A stretch of 51,784 nt of DNA, from the NCBI RefSeq assembly GCF_001194135.2, contig NC_068993.1:61907947-61959730 (forward strand). Reading direction: 5' to 3'. The notes beneath the pieces were generated by a model. That model did not search any database. It had not been told where the DNA came from and saw nothing but the letters and a program-made list of their open reading frames with translations. How positions within the stretch are numbered: the stretch's first letter is position 1; each line of letters starts with the position of its first letter. Shown here piece after piece: positions 1 through 14,400 of this stretch. This stretch comes from Octopus bimaculoides. Lineage: Eukaryota. The position numbers were made by a program, and so were the translations under genes.

Positions 1-75
<75 letters not shown>
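1..75. repeat. (CT)n microsatellite; representative of many (TA)n, (CA)n, (GA)n, (AAT)n and (TACA)n tracts
   Basis: Direct reading. Large tracts include 17095-17150, 17320-17420, 20295-20480, 24490-24720, 34818-34890 and 50280-50560. Confidence 0.97.
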
Positions 76-81
<6 letters not shown>

Positions 82-2434
82 TTTACCTGTCTAACCAACT
101 AGCTACCTTTCCACTTTGTTATAGGCTTTCATTCTTTATGCGAAACAGTAATTTAAAATCATGTTGGGGCACCACAAGATAGCAGAAGATTCTTCGCCGC
201 TGTATGTATGCATGTATGTATGTACGTATGCATGTATGTATGCATATATGTATGTATGTATGTATATATATATAAAAGAGAGAAAGGGGGGAAGAATTCA
301 TTTTGAGGCACACTGAATGATGATTGTTTTTGTGTGTGCGTTGTTATTGATGTTGTTGTTTTTGTTGTTGTTTAGCCCCAAGTAAGCGCTTATGAATCAG
401 TTCTATGATCAAAATTTTTCCAGTCGCGACCACCCCATCATTTGGGGGTAGGGAGATGGGAATAACTTATTCATATTTTGAATAAAGCAACGAAACAAAA
501 ATATCAGTCCTTGGCTATTAGTCTTTTTGTACCGCAATTTCCGGTTATGAGAATGGAGGAAGCGGGGGATAGGCAAGAATATTTTGTGCGAAAGTATGGT
601 ATAATGGTTTTAAATTTTAGCACAAGACCAGCAGTTTTATAGAAGGGGCATCGACCCCCGAAAAGATCAAAGGTAAAGTTGACCTCAGCAGAATTTGAAC
701 TCAGAACGTGAAGAGTCGAATTAAATGCTGCTAAGCATTTTGTCCGACGCACTGACGATTCTGTCATCTAACCGCCTTAAAATATGATATAATATGCACA
801 CGAGCTTTGGGCAAATGAAAGTAAAAAAAACTAAGCGGGATATTACTGAAAAACGTTGCGATCCCTGGAATACAGCCTCCTTCGTAAGTTTTTAAGTACC
901 AGTGACATAATGGGGACTGATTAAATCAACTATTTGATGTTCTCTTTAGAAATAAGTTACGGTGGAAGTTTATGATGATATACAATTTCATTAGATAATT
1001 AAAAAGGGTGTGTACCTCGTAAACACAGGTTTTTTTAAAAAAACACAATGAAAGAATGATGTAAGACGAGATTAACATAATTCTATTTCAAAATGTTTTA
1101 TCTGATCGTCGAGAATATTTCAATGTCTCTATAAGAATGTGGTTCACAACTATCTTTAACACAGATAAGAACTCTCTCTCCTTCTCTCTCCCTCCCGCCC
1201 CCACCCCCGTTTTGTTTTTTTAATTTCTTTTTATACTTATCAGTAAGAGAACGCTCTAAAATAAATTCTGGCGATTATTAATTATCATGGCTGACTTTCA
1301 AATTACATTGCCGCTTACGTTGCATCCAAAAAAATTTTGATATCTGTTATCTCACAATTCTTTGAATCTAATCTTTTGATATCCCAACGTGGGTTGGTGG
1401 GTAGGGGGTCTCGCGAGGAATGAGCTAAATATATCCCGGATCAAAAGAGAAACGCGTTGTTGCTACCATTGTTGTTGATATTTATCTCCAGCTCAATCGT
1501 AGTCTTGAAGGTTTATGATCAAAGACATTCCAGCTGGACAAAAATGCTTTCTCCGACTTAACGTTCTGAGTCCAAATGCCGCTGGAGTCGCCTTTACCTT
1601 TCATCTTTATGAGATTGATAAAATAAGCACCAGTTGGCACTAGGATCGATGTAATAGACTTACTTTCTCTTTCGATACTACTAGCCTTGTGCTATTATTT
1701 GAAATCAATATAAGGTCGACGGTTTTCTTATGAAATGGAATAATTATACGAGAAGCTGAACTATAATGCGAACAGTTCTGTCACAAGCTGCGCTTACAGG
1801 TGGATCTAAAATTATCGAAATGACAAAATAGCTCTACATATTTAGAGTACACACAATATCTATGTTTAGATATGTGAACTGAGCCCGGGAGAAATGGTTC
1901 ACAAGATTTTAGGCAACGCATAACTATGGTCTCACTCACTAACCTATACAACATATAACTTCTTAATTATTCTCCACAATTTAACCTGGGAGCACGTGGT
2001 TGTTAAGAAAACGTCTTGCCACACAGCCAGGAACTCGCTGTATGACGAGAAATCACTGTGTAATGATGAGAATCCACTTTTTAAGAGAAAACCCAGTGTA
2101 TTCTCAGACAATTTTGTTTAATTTTTTTTTTTCATTCACCAAATTTAACCAGGTGCCTCCCTCATGCCGATTGTGAGCCGACCTTTCATATTGTCAAGCG
2201 TAACTAGGTCTATATAAATCACATGATTGATTCTTCTCATCCCACCCATCATGTTTATGTAGAAAACACATGGATGTCATTGTAAGCGTGTGTGATTCAA
2301 TAAACAGACTACACAGATTTATAGACATCCTTGAAGCGTTGCCATTGTCAGTTGGTGACTTATTTGTAAACAAAGCAATAAAAAGGAAACTGATATCGCT
2401 GGTTTATTTGTAGATTTCAAAGTCCTGTTTTTTC

Positions 2435-2436
<2 letters not shown>

Positions 2437-2467
<31 letters not shown>

Positions 2468-2666
2468 CCTTTCGACTGTAGGCACAAGGCCTGAAATATG
2501 GGAGAGGGGACTAGTCGATTACATCGACCCCAGTACGCAACTGGTACTTAATTTATCGACCCTTAAGAGATGAAAGGTAGCGTCGACTTCGGCGGAATTT
2601 GAAATCAGAACGCAATACCGCTAAGCATTTCACCCGGCATGCTAACGATTCTGCCAGCTCGCTGCC

Positions 2667-2751
<85 letters not shown>

Positions 2752-2978
2752 CAACAACAACAATCCTTTCTATTTTAAGCACAAGGCCGAAATTTTGGGG
2801 GAGGAAGCTAGTCGATCACATCAAGTCCAGTGCTCAACTGGTACTCAAGTTTATCGTCCTCGAAAGGATGAAGGCCAAAGTCAACCTCCGTAGAATTTCA
2901 ACTCAGAACATAAATACGGACGAAATGCCGCTAAGCATTTTGTCCGGCATGCTAATGATTCTGCCAGTTCGCAGCCTT
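2437..2978 (-). mobile_element. Two head-to-tail tRNA-derived SINEs (family A) with (ATT)n tails
   Basis: Each reads GGCAGCGAGCTGGCAGAATCGTTAGC..TTCAAATTCCGCCG..CCTTTCATC..GGTCGAT..GTACCAG..GCCTTGTGC then (ATT)n. Other copies at about 600-778, 1557-1708, 14775-14915, 16170-16395, 33985-34147, 37835-38045 and 50085-50275. Confidence 0.85.
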
Positions 2979-3331
2979 AATAATGATTTCTAATACTGAC
3001 ACAAGGCCATATCATTTTAGGAGAGGATAATGGCCGATTCGATTGAGCCATAGTTTTTAAATGGTACTAACATTATCGATCCCGTAAAGACTAAAATCAA
3101 ACGATACGTTCGACTGTTAGGCCTGTTGGCAGGCAATTCGCTTATTTGGCCGTAATGACCTCACTTCTTTGTAAATGGGCACAAGCATGGCTGTGTGATA
3201 AAGGAATCTCCTTCATAGCTATATAGTTTCGAATTGAAATTTCTTTGCGTATCTTCTACCACAAACTTGGGCCAACCAAAGCTTCATCTGGTAAACTTGG
3301 TAGACGGAAAGTGAGCGGATTTCCGTCTAGC

Positions 3332-4578
3332 AAAACTACAAACTACATCATTGTATAGCAACCTGAAGTGTGTTGTTCTTATTGTTTTTGTTTTCTAACT
3401 CCGAGTGAACTCTGATCAAGTAGACTTCAGAGCAAAGGGTATTCCACCCGTAACCATTACATAGTGGTTGTTTTAATCCGTTGCTCGATTTAACATCACC
3501 GCCTTGGTCATTGGCTGCTGTTAACAAAGTTCACTCTGTAGCAGAGACGTTGGAGTCAGGTCTTCAGTTTGAGAACTTCCTCTTTTCCTTACAATAGTTA
3601 CAGAAGTCCTGAAAAGGAGTCATGGGTGCTGTCATTCTTCCTCTGATGAAGCTATTAAAAATATAAGCAAAAATGTTCCCTTCATAAAGCTGTGGTTTTT
3701 ATCACAAGAGTAGAGGAATAAACAGAAAAATTTGCAAAGTTTGCTGTAGCTATTAAATTTCAGGTAGATCTAAAAACAGGCAGAAAGATAGACAGGAGGA
3801 AAGGAAGACAAGAAAAAAAACTGAGTTAAACATCAAATGTAACAGAAAAACAAACTAAAGACTAAGATTCCAGTGAGATTTTGATATCTGCACAAGCGAA
3901 AAAATAAACCAAATGTGGAGTCAGAAACGCTGACATAGTTATTAGTAAGATTTATGAAAACACCTTTGTAGTAGATTGCAATCCCTGAGGGGAAGTTACG
4001 TTAACGAACGAGACAAAAATAATGTTTCGTATAAAAGAAAACACGCCTTCAGATTTGAAGTTTGATGTTGGACAAAGATTGTAGAACAAGATACAAAATA
4101 TAAATTATTTTTAACCTAAACATATTAAACTCCATAATGAAAATAGTTATGTAAGGTGGGTGTGATACAAACATGGAACAAGAAAAATGCTTTATGGTAT
4201 AAAACAAACATATTTAATGTACATTTAGCGGGAATATATTAGGACACTTGTTTCAAACTTGCGTTCTGGAAAGTGCTCCTTACAGTAGAACGTTCGTTCA
4301 TTTGTTAAGGGTATGTACTAAGTCTTCTGGGGAAGTTATCTGTTTAGACAAGCATCGTCTTTAAAGAGAAAGTTCTCTCATAAACTTCATTCATAGTAAT
4401 GAAATCTGTGTTAAGTTCGAGCAAGGATTGGTTTTTAATGAATCAAAAACTACAAACTACATCATTGTATAGCAACCTGAAGTGTGTTGTTCTTATTGTT
4501 TTTGTTTTCTAACTCCGAGTGAACTCTGATCAAGTAGACTTCAGAGCAAAGGGTATTCCACCGTAACCATTACATAGT
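3332..4578 (+). repeat. 134-bp near-identical direct repeat (3332-3465 and 4446-4578)
   Basis: The copies are identical apart from a 1-base indel (ATTCCACCCG vs ATTCCACCG). Confidence 0.9.
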
Positions 4579-6956
4579 TTCTTTTTCTTTCTTTTGGGTA
4601 CCAAGTATTTAGGGCTATATTATGCTGTGTGTTTTCCCTTTATAGACAGTAGAATGTATTTCGAGTGATATTAGCTGCTACTTGTAGTTTAGATTTCTGA
4701 TTAGATATAGTACATTCAGTGATCGACTCTCATTAAAATCAGACTAATTAAGGAATTGACAATGTCCCTAATTATCTAGTTACAAATTAATTGAAGAATG
4801 AAGATCTGATTATTTCTTGGAAACCGACGAAATTTGAGAAGTAGGACAAACATTTTGATTTCAAATTTTGGCACGCGGTCAGCAACTTCAGTTTCGACCT
4901 CGAAACTATGAAAGGCAAAGTGGACATCGGTGGAACTCTGCTAGCTCGATTCCTTAAAAGGACAAGCATATTGAAATATATACTGTAGCTGAACTACATT
5001 GTTTCTCACCTGATAAGTTCGTTCAAATTGGAAAGCTTTTATTTGGTTAACATCCGGTAAGTGGTAGAATTAGTCAGTAGCCAGGTCCAATCTCCGACCA
5101 ACCAGCTAAAGATTATTGTCAGAAACGGTGAGGAACGTTTTGTACGTTTAACTCATCTTCCAGAATATCTGTTTTTCATTTTTTCCCAATCTTTAATGTA
5201 GAACTTTTTCGATCACTCACAGCTCATGCTATTCGCCCCTCTTTCCTCTCCCATCTTCTATCCCTTTCCATGCATGAGAAGAAATTAATTCTGCATTTAT
5301 CAAAAGGATTTATTCTGATCACCTCTATTAATCTTCAATGTCTAATAAAAGTTAACTATTCTAGTTTGCTCTTTATATTCTTATATTTCATCGGTTCAGC
5401 TTAGGGGTAATTTTGTTTATATCGTTAATGAATTAAAGTTCAGTTTCGCAAAGTTGTGGATAAAGTCTAGGTGTACAGGAAAAATTCAATGAACGAACAG
5501 TGCTGCTTCATTACAGCAAGTTGGATGCGTTCCGTAACATTTAAGGGAATGGGACGATTGGGTGTGGCTGTTTGGGCGTCAACGATTTAACACTGTAACT
5601 GTTTTGGCGACAGTACGTTTTGGCCCAGTGGGTAAATACACAAACGCCTGCGCGCAGAAGTGTACATATATATATATATATATAGTGAGAGAGAGAGGGG
5701 GGAGAAAGAGAGAGAAAAATTAAGACAATGAGAGAAACATTAACACGTCTGATACCAAATACTTCAGTGTCGAATCATCGACGTTAAAGAGGCGGAGACC
5801 AAACGACTGTGCCAGAATGCTCATACTGGGAAAGTTCATTAAAACCGGTACGACTTTACTTAATAACAATAAAATTTACATCTGTTGGACAGAAAAATAA
5901 CTTGGTAGAACAAGGCAATAATTCTATCACATTATTCTATTGAACAACAGATGTTGGTTCCATTCTTACTATTTCACATCTGTTGTACAATAATAACGCG
6001 ACAGAATTATTATGTTATTCTACCACGTTATTTTCTAACCAACAGATGTTAGTTTCATTCTTACCAGGCTAAAACTCAGCAGTTTCAATGAATTTCTCTA
6101 ATGAAATAATATGTGAATGTTACTCTACAATCTAGCTTGGTTACTGACTGCTCCCCCGACTTCATCTAATTTTTCTTGTAGACTTAAAGTGAATCTTCAC
6201 GGTTTAGCTTTGCGTCGTCAGATTACTTTCACTATGTAGGTTTGCATGCTAATGACGAAAATTTCATTCAGTTCTCATAGAAATTAACAATAAGAAAAAG
6301 TTACAAACATTTGAAAGTTTGAAATTTTAGCTAATTAGAAACCTCCATTATTGACATACCGGAAGTCATACTTGTCGTTTGACAATAAACTGACGTTTGT
6401 TTTCAAATCATCAACAATAGCCACTTGCCGTCTGCTTCCTATTTTCAACCGGATGTAGGAACCAAGGCAGCAAGCAGTGTTTTATTTATTGTCATTTTTA
6501 GATGCATTTTAAAAATATTTTACAAAATAAGCGTTTCAGGAATGAATTCATGAGTTTCAGAAATTTATGGGATAACATGAAGATGGAGTGTAATGCTGCA
6601 TTTATTTATTCATTTTTTTCTTATTTTTCACGACAATGAAGAAGATACATCACAGGATGCATGCCTGATACGAGAATCGAACGCACCACTACCTAATAAT
6701 CACGAGCTCAACACCTTAACCATTACCCATGTAATTTCACTCATAAGAAACGCGCGCTGGGTCAAGCCTTATCTTGTAGGTCTGCGGTTACTTTTCTTAA
6801 ACCAGATCATGGAACAGAAATCTGGACTCAGCTTCGAAAATATCACGAGACTACAATTCTATATAAATTTTTTGTCTAAGACTACATTATTTTTGAATAG
6901 TTCCTAATGCAAAATGCTTATCCATGAATTAATGTATTGCTATTGTCTATTTTCAG

Positions 6957-7023
6957 ATCAATGCTACAAGAATGGTCGGTTTTACGATGTTGGAGAGTCC
7001 GTCAAAGACAACTGCAACGAATG
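6957..7023 (+). CDS. TINAGL1: TINAGL1 exon a: (D)[21 protein letters not shown](C)
   Basis: tttcag|...|gtaagt; 67 nt, phase 1 to 2; Cys spacing of the TINAG VWC-like module. Confidence 0.88.
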
Positions 7024-7739
7024 GTAAGTAGGATTATGCTTTATAAAGACACACACACACACACACGCACACACACACACACACACACGCACACAGATAC
7101 ATTGAAGAAACATGGGGACGGTGATATATTTATGTTTTCAGCAATAAACACTTTATTTCACGAATAATTTTGACAAGACGAGACCGACAGAGCCAAGTAT
7201 AAATATATAAGANNNNNNNNNNNNNNNNNNNNNNNNNNNNNNNNNNNNNNNNNNNNNNNNNNNNNNNNNNNNNNNNNNNNNNNNNNNNNNNNNNNNNNNN
7301 NNNNNNNNNNNNNNNNNNNNNNNNNNNNNNNNNNNNNNNNNNNNNNNNNNNNNNNNNNNNNNNNNNNNNNNNNNNNNNNNNNNNNNNNNNNNNNNNNNNN
7401 NNNNNNNNNNNNNNNNNNNNNNNNNNNNNNNNNNNNNNNNNNNNNNNNNNNNNNNNNNNNNNNNNNNNNNNNNNNNNNNNNNNNNNNNNNNNNNNNNNNN
7501 NNNNNNNNNNNNNNNNNNNNNNNNNNNNNNNNNNNNNNNNNNNNNNNNNNNNNNNNNNNNNNNNNNNNNNNNNNNNNNNNNNNNNNNNNNNNNNNNNNNN
7601 NNNNNNNNNNNNNNNNNNNNNNNNNNNNNNNNNNNNNNNNNNNNNNNNNNNNNNNNNNNNNNNNNNNNNNNNNNNNNNNNNNNNNNNNNNNNNNNNNNNN
7701 NNNNNNNNNNNNNNNNNNNNNNNNNNNNNNNNNNNNNNN

Positions 7740-7801
<62 letters not shown>

Positions 7802-10642
7802 TTCTATGGAATACAATAATAATTAAGAGCACAGAAGACGCCAAATACGTCCAACCACTACACGATTCACTTAAATATATACAGGTTGAAAAAGAACGGG
7901 ATAATTTCGCAGTTTATTTGTTGATGGCTATAACGTTTCGAACATTGTCCTTCTTCGGACAGTGGAAACGGAAGAAAGAAGAGCAAGTGAAATTAAAATA
8001 AAGAAACAGGGAAAAGGGGGAGACAACGTACCGTTAGATTACGTGTTTGCCCGCTGACTACATATATATATATATATAAATCACTTCGTAATTGAGAATA
8101 ATTGAAGCATGTATAATGAAGATAACTCTACGGGGATAAAGATGATGCGAAAACATAACGCAAGTGAACAGGGAAATAATTGGCTATCCTCTTACAATTC
8201 TGTTTCAGAATAATTGCTTCTCTTCAAAACAGATGTACCAAAATTCTTCGGATATACAGAGATCTTTCAATCTAAATTACACTTGCTTGTCAGAATATAG
8301 CATTAACAAGCATCGGAATTTGCATATAATACGCTGGTTGGTCATGTCTTAAATTAGATACTACATGTGTGTGTGTGTGTGCCTCAAACATTATAATGCA
8401 GATAATGCTGAAAGGTGTAGATGCGGAGATTGATATGATGTGGAAACAATTTGCATGCAACGTGTTACTACTACCAGCAGGCACACAATGCACATTTTTC
8501 AATCTACTCAGCTGTAATCAGTACCAGCTGGGGCACATTAGAGATGAGTACATATTTCATATATATNNNNNNNNNNNNNNNNNNNNNNNNNNNNNNNNNN
8601 NNNNNNNNNNNNNNNNNNNNNNNNNNNNNNNNNNNNNNNNNNNNNNNNNNNNNNNNNNNNNNNNNNNNNNNNNNNNNNNNNNNNNNNNNNNNNNNNTATT
8701 CATATATTTCCTTATTGCCCACACGTGGCTTAAGATAAAGTGGACAAACAAGGACATACAAAGGATTAAGTCGACATACAAAGGATTAAATTCGTTTACC
8801 TTTATTTCCCTTCACACCTCCAGAAAATATATTTCTATGCGGAACAAGAATTAAAAGCAATCAAGTTGTACATCTTCATACAATGGTTGTGAGTCCAGTT
8901 TTTAAACTGTAGTGATTCACGCTTTGAAAAGTAACATGCTTCAAACTTCAGCAATAATAAAAACAAGGTTTTCATAAAATGTGTTGTTGTAAAAGTCTAC
9001 AACTCATATTCGTGAGTCATATTCTTTTAGACAATTTACCTTGTTTATTAAATTCCAAATAATTCTTTCTTTTTTCTTAAAATTCTTCTGTCATTTCATA
9101 ACTCAACATGTTCAATTTAATTATTTTCCTTTCAGTATCTGCCAAGATGATCATCCATTCTCCGACCATGTCTCATGGTCATGCACCAGTCATGTCTGCT
9201 TGATGCGGCGAGATATGGTTGAAACCGTCAACTATGGTCAATATGGGTAAGTAACTTCATTTCCTTCGTTAGACTCACGAAAACTCTTCGATGACTCGGT
9301 GGAATTCACTATGATAGGGAATTTTAACTTAGCAGATATAGAATTGTATAGCATCGTTTATCATTTATTTTGTGATTTGACCAAGGTGCCGAAATAGATA
9401 CCACGTGGCCGTAAAACGAACTTCTTAAACACGCATCCATGCATCCACCTATCATCTATAATTCTTTTTTTTCAATCCACCTCCAATAAATACCCAGAGC
9501 TCAGCTTACAGATGAATTTATAACTAGCACTCCGTCACCCACGACGTCGAGGGTTCCAGTTGATCCGATCAACGGAACAGCCAGCTCGTGAAATTAACTT
9601 GCAAATGGCAGAGCACTGCACAGACGCGTGTACCCTCAACGTAGTTCTCAGGGATATTCAGCGTGACACAGAATGTGACAAGGCTGGCCCCTTTGAATTA
9701 CAGGTACAACTCATTTTTGCCAGCTGAGTGGACTGGAGCAAAGTTAAATAAAGTGTCTTGCTCAAGGACAAGGCGCCGCCGGGAATCGACCTTACATTCT
9801 TACGATCGTGAACCGCATGCCCTAACCACTAAACTACGCCCCTTCACAGAAGAATTTACCGTAGTCAAGAGTTACCCAACCCTGCTAGTTCTAACGTTAA
9901 GTCTGTGATTTCAGGGAGAAGTTAATTTCACTCCATATTTTCACTGCTTGCTGTTGAGTATAACGCTTGTCGCTGGGAGATATTCGACGTAATTTTTAGT
10001 GTGTAATTATTGAGGTGAGATAACAAATTAAAACAGTTAAAGCTCCAGGTAGAAAGCTACGTCGTATTTGTTCCAGCGCTCTGAGATCAATTCCTGCTGA
10101 GGCCAAGATTTCTTTTTTCTCCTATTCCTTCGTGTCATTAAATAAAGTATCACTCGAGTACTCCAAATCTTCTTTCTTCGCNNNNNNNNNNNNNNNNNNN
10201 NNNNNNNNNNNNNNNNNNNNNNNNNNNNNNNNNNNNNNNNNNNNNNNNNNNNNNNNNNNNNNNNNNNNNNNNNNNNNNNNNNNNNNNNNNNNNNNNNNNN
10301 NNNNNNNNNNNNNNNNNNNNNNNNNNNNNNNNNNNNNNNNNNNNNNNNNNNNNNNNNNNNNNNNNNNNNNNNNNNNNNNNNNNNNNNNNNNNNNNNNNNN
10401 NNNNNNNNNNNNNNNNNNNNNNNNNNNNNNNNNNNNNNNNNNNNNNNNNNNNNNNNNNNNNNNNNNNNNNNNNNNNNNNNNNNNNNNNNNNNNNNNNNNN
10501 NNNNNNNNNNNNNNNNNNNNNNNTCTCTCTCTCACACACACACACATCTTTCTTTCTCTCTCCTCCTCTTTCTATCCTCCAATCACCTCCTTCCTCTTTC
10601 CTCCCCTCCCACTCTGCTCTCTTCCTCATTAGTTCTCCTTCC

Positions 10643-10692
<50 letters not shown>

Positions 10693-11437
10693 AGAGCTGG
10701 AACAAACGCCGCAGTGCATTTTTTCCGACTTTCTAACGATCCTGCCATTCTACCATTCTGAAGTTAATAATAATATTAGTTTCAAATTTTAGCACAAGGC
10801 CAGCAATTTCCGAAGAAGGGCTAAGTCGATTATATGGACCCAAATGCTTAAATACCTCCTTCACCAAAATTACCGGCGTTGTGGCAACATTCAAAATCAA
10901 TATTGAATGTATGTATAACAGAAATGATCTAAATTTACTTGATATTTCCTCAACAATTTGAACATGTTTTAACGCAAACGAAAAAAGGTTAAACGGATGA
11001 AATCTGAAGAACAGGAAATAAATAAACAACGATAAAACAACATTTAATTTCTATCAAAACAAGTCACCAAAATATTTTGAAATCGAACCTAATGATCTTG
11101 GATTCGAATGCTATCATTTTTACGGTAATTTTACGTAAAAATGTTTATAATTTATATCCTGTTTTTTACTTATTTTTCCCTTTTTAGATGGAAGGCCAGC
11201 AACTATTCTTTCCTACATGGTCTTACATTGGCTGACGGAATCAAATACAGATTGGGAACTTTCCAGCCCAGCAACCAAGTTTTCAGCATGTCAGCGTTGA
11301 AATCTCACCACGAAGATAGTCTTCCAGAATCATTCGACTCGAGACAAAGATGGCCAGGTCTCATATCTGACATCAGGGACCAAGGTGACTGTGGTTCTTC
11401 TTGGGCCGTCTCTACTGCAGGTAATGTTCCTTCATTT

Positions 11438-11475
<38 letters not shown>

Positions 11476-14400
11476 ATACGTATGGTGCAAAAATTAGAAA
11501 ACACGAAGACGTGGGGAAAAAACAGAATGTATTAGGTTCACATTCAGGAAAAATAAAAGGAAAAGTCCTTTACATTTCAAGCCTACGCTCTTCTACAGAA
11601 GAAATAGACGAGGAAAGAGAAAAACACAGAGAAAAGAACAAACGTGCCTCAGTTAGACGGTCAGCGCATGCTGAAATATATGCATGTATGAGTGTGTGTG
11701 CAAGCGCGCGCGTTCGTATTATGTGTGTATGATGCAACAATTAAAAAACACGAAAACGAGGTAAAAACAAACAGAATGTATTAGGTTTACGCTCAAGAAA
11801 ATTAGAAGGGAAAGTTCTTTACGTTTCAAACATATGCTTTTCTACGGAAAGAATAGACGAGGAGAGAGAAAATTACAAAGATAAAAGAACAAACGTACCT
11901 CAGTTTGTATATACGTACGTACAACGTGCGGTTATGCAACTAGATATGGGAGCCATTCTTTTTTTTTTGCCATCTTTGTAAATGCGCAATCAGACTGATC
12001 TATGTATGTTCCTTTGTTTTTCACAGCTATCGCTTCCGACAGACTTGCCATTGGATCCAACGGAAGACTAGTCCAAACAATATCCCCTCAACACCTACTT
12101 TCTTGCGTCGGAGGATCAAATAACAGCTGCGAAGGAGGCAACATTGACCAGGCATGGGGTTTCTTGCGAAGATACGGGTGAGAAAGTCTTTCTTTTATCT
12201 TTTACTTATTCCACTCATGCTGGATTACCATCTTGAAGAATATATTCACACAAATCTAACTCTTATTCTACCAAGTTTAGTATTCATTCTATCTATCACT
12301 TTTGCTGAACTGTTAAATTATGGGGAGACCTTGTAGCAAAATGTGAAACCATTATTATTGTTGTTGTTGCTGTTGTCATTATATATTTTGTCTTTCTATA
12401 GTGGTGTCACGGAAGATTGTTATCCATACCAAGCAAGGACAGATCAATGTACCATTCCAAAACAAACCTCTCCTGATATATGCCCAAGTGGTAGAGTCTT
12501 CAAAGAACACATGAAATTTAAGATGACACCGCCATATCGTATCCGAAATGATGTGAGTGTTCATAATTTCTCGTATTCTTTTATTTGTTTCAGTGATTTG
12601 ACTGCGGCCATGCTGGGGCACCACCTTTAGTCGAGCAAATCGACTCCAAGACTTATTCTTTGTAATCCTAGTACTTATTCTATCGGTTAATTTTGCCGAA
12701 CCGCTAAGTTCGGGGACGTAAACATCGCTTGTCAAGTGATGGTGGGGAGAACAGACACACACACACACATATATATAAAATATACGACGGAATTCTTTCA
12801 GTTTCCGTTTACCAAATCCACTCACAAGGCTTTGGTCAGCCCGAGACTACAGTAGAAGACACTTGCCCAAGGTGCCACGCAGTGGGACTGAACCCGGAAC
12901 TATGTGGTTGGTAAGCAAGCTATCTACCACACAGCCACTCTTGCGCCTATAAAGATAGTATCGGTTGTTGCGTTTTATCCAGAGTCTACCCTAGGCGAGC
13001 ACTCATTTCATTACCCGCCGTTCCGGCTGTGACCTACCTTGTCCACTGAAGCCTTTCCACAGCGTTAGTTTGGAAGACGGGGCAGCATGGAATGGTCTCC
13101 ACGGTCACCTGACCTGATACCAATGGATTTCTTTTGTTGGGGGTTTTGTAAAGAACAAGGTTTATGAGAAGAATCCCAAAACAGTAAATGAATTAAAAGA
13201 TTACATTTCTGACGCATTCACTGAAATTGATGGAAATTGGAATTTGTGCCGGACTGTCTTTCAGAGTGTTCTGAAGAGGTTTGAAGAATGTTGCAATGTT
13301 GAAGGAGGACATTTTGAACATCTGAGAGATTAAACATTATCTGTTTAAGAGGTGCATAAACAATATGGCTGTAAGGTAGAAATTTAAATGTAATAAAATG
13401 TTTTTAAAAGAAATTTGAAGTGCCTACGTGATAACTTTAACCCTAGTTTTGGGCCACCCTGTATATATATGGTCATGTTTTTATGGAGGTATCTATTCAG
13501 GTATGACTGAATGAATGAAATGAGTGGAAATGAGAGACAGAAGTAATTAACACACTGAAAATATTTTTCTTCTTTTTAGGAACACACGATTAAGAAACAG
13601 ATTTATGAAAATGGACCAGTACAAGGTAAGATTATGTTAGACATTATCCATATCAATGATTTTTTTTTATCTTCTGTTTATTGATTACATATGTGAACTT
13701 GTGACTGTTAACTCACGTCTAAGCCTTAGTCTATTGACTGACGCTTGAATTTCAGTTTATTTTCTCGTGCCCGAGCCACAGTTTGTTTGTTTATGTTTGG
13801 ACTTCATTGTTCACTCATATTTGAACCTCAGTTCAACCTGAGCTTAACCTTATTGACTCCTGGTTGAACATCAGTTTATTCCTCGATGCTTGAACCTCAG
13901 TGAATCAGTAAAGCGTAAGACAAATTTTTTCTGCTTTATGTTCCCTAGATCCTTGCGTTCTTCGTTCAAATCACGCCGAAGCCATCTTTGGTTTTCATCC
14001 TTTCAGTTTTGATAAAATAAAATAGCATTCTAGGGTATCGGTTCTCAACCGCAGATCCCAGGACTGTATGCCCTCATGAATTCTTCCGGTGGTCCCCGAC
14101 AGTCTTCCAGTTTTTTGGTGCTGCCTCCTAAACAGAATCGAGGTTTTGTGACCCGGATATTAAAAGGATTGAGAACCGCTGGTCTAGAGCGATGGTAGGG
14201 TTGCATTCTCAGAGCATTAGAAGAGATACCTTGTGGTATTGTTCTGGATGTTTGTGTTCTGACTTTTTGGATAATAAATTTAATCTATCGCCCGGTCTAA
14301 ACGCAACCACCTGGTTATTGAGTGCCTTTAACAGGGTATATTCTGTTGCGAGCATTAGGGCCAGCTCTTCGGCTTATAATAATTTTCTCACACAAGTCTC

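Noticed and set aside
836-883. Possible upstream TINAGL1 exon ending in GTAAGT
   Set aside because: Poor polypyrimidine tract, and no frame gives the Cys-rich SMB sequence expected before exon a.
2059-2327. LTR-like segment with TG...CA ends, TATAAA and AATAAA
   Set aside because: No TSD, no PBS and no second copy; boundaries are ambiguous.
5550-5830. Imperfect inverted repeat around a TA/GA microsatellite
   Set aside because: Too degenerate to define ends or a TSD; probably an old MITE of no special interest.
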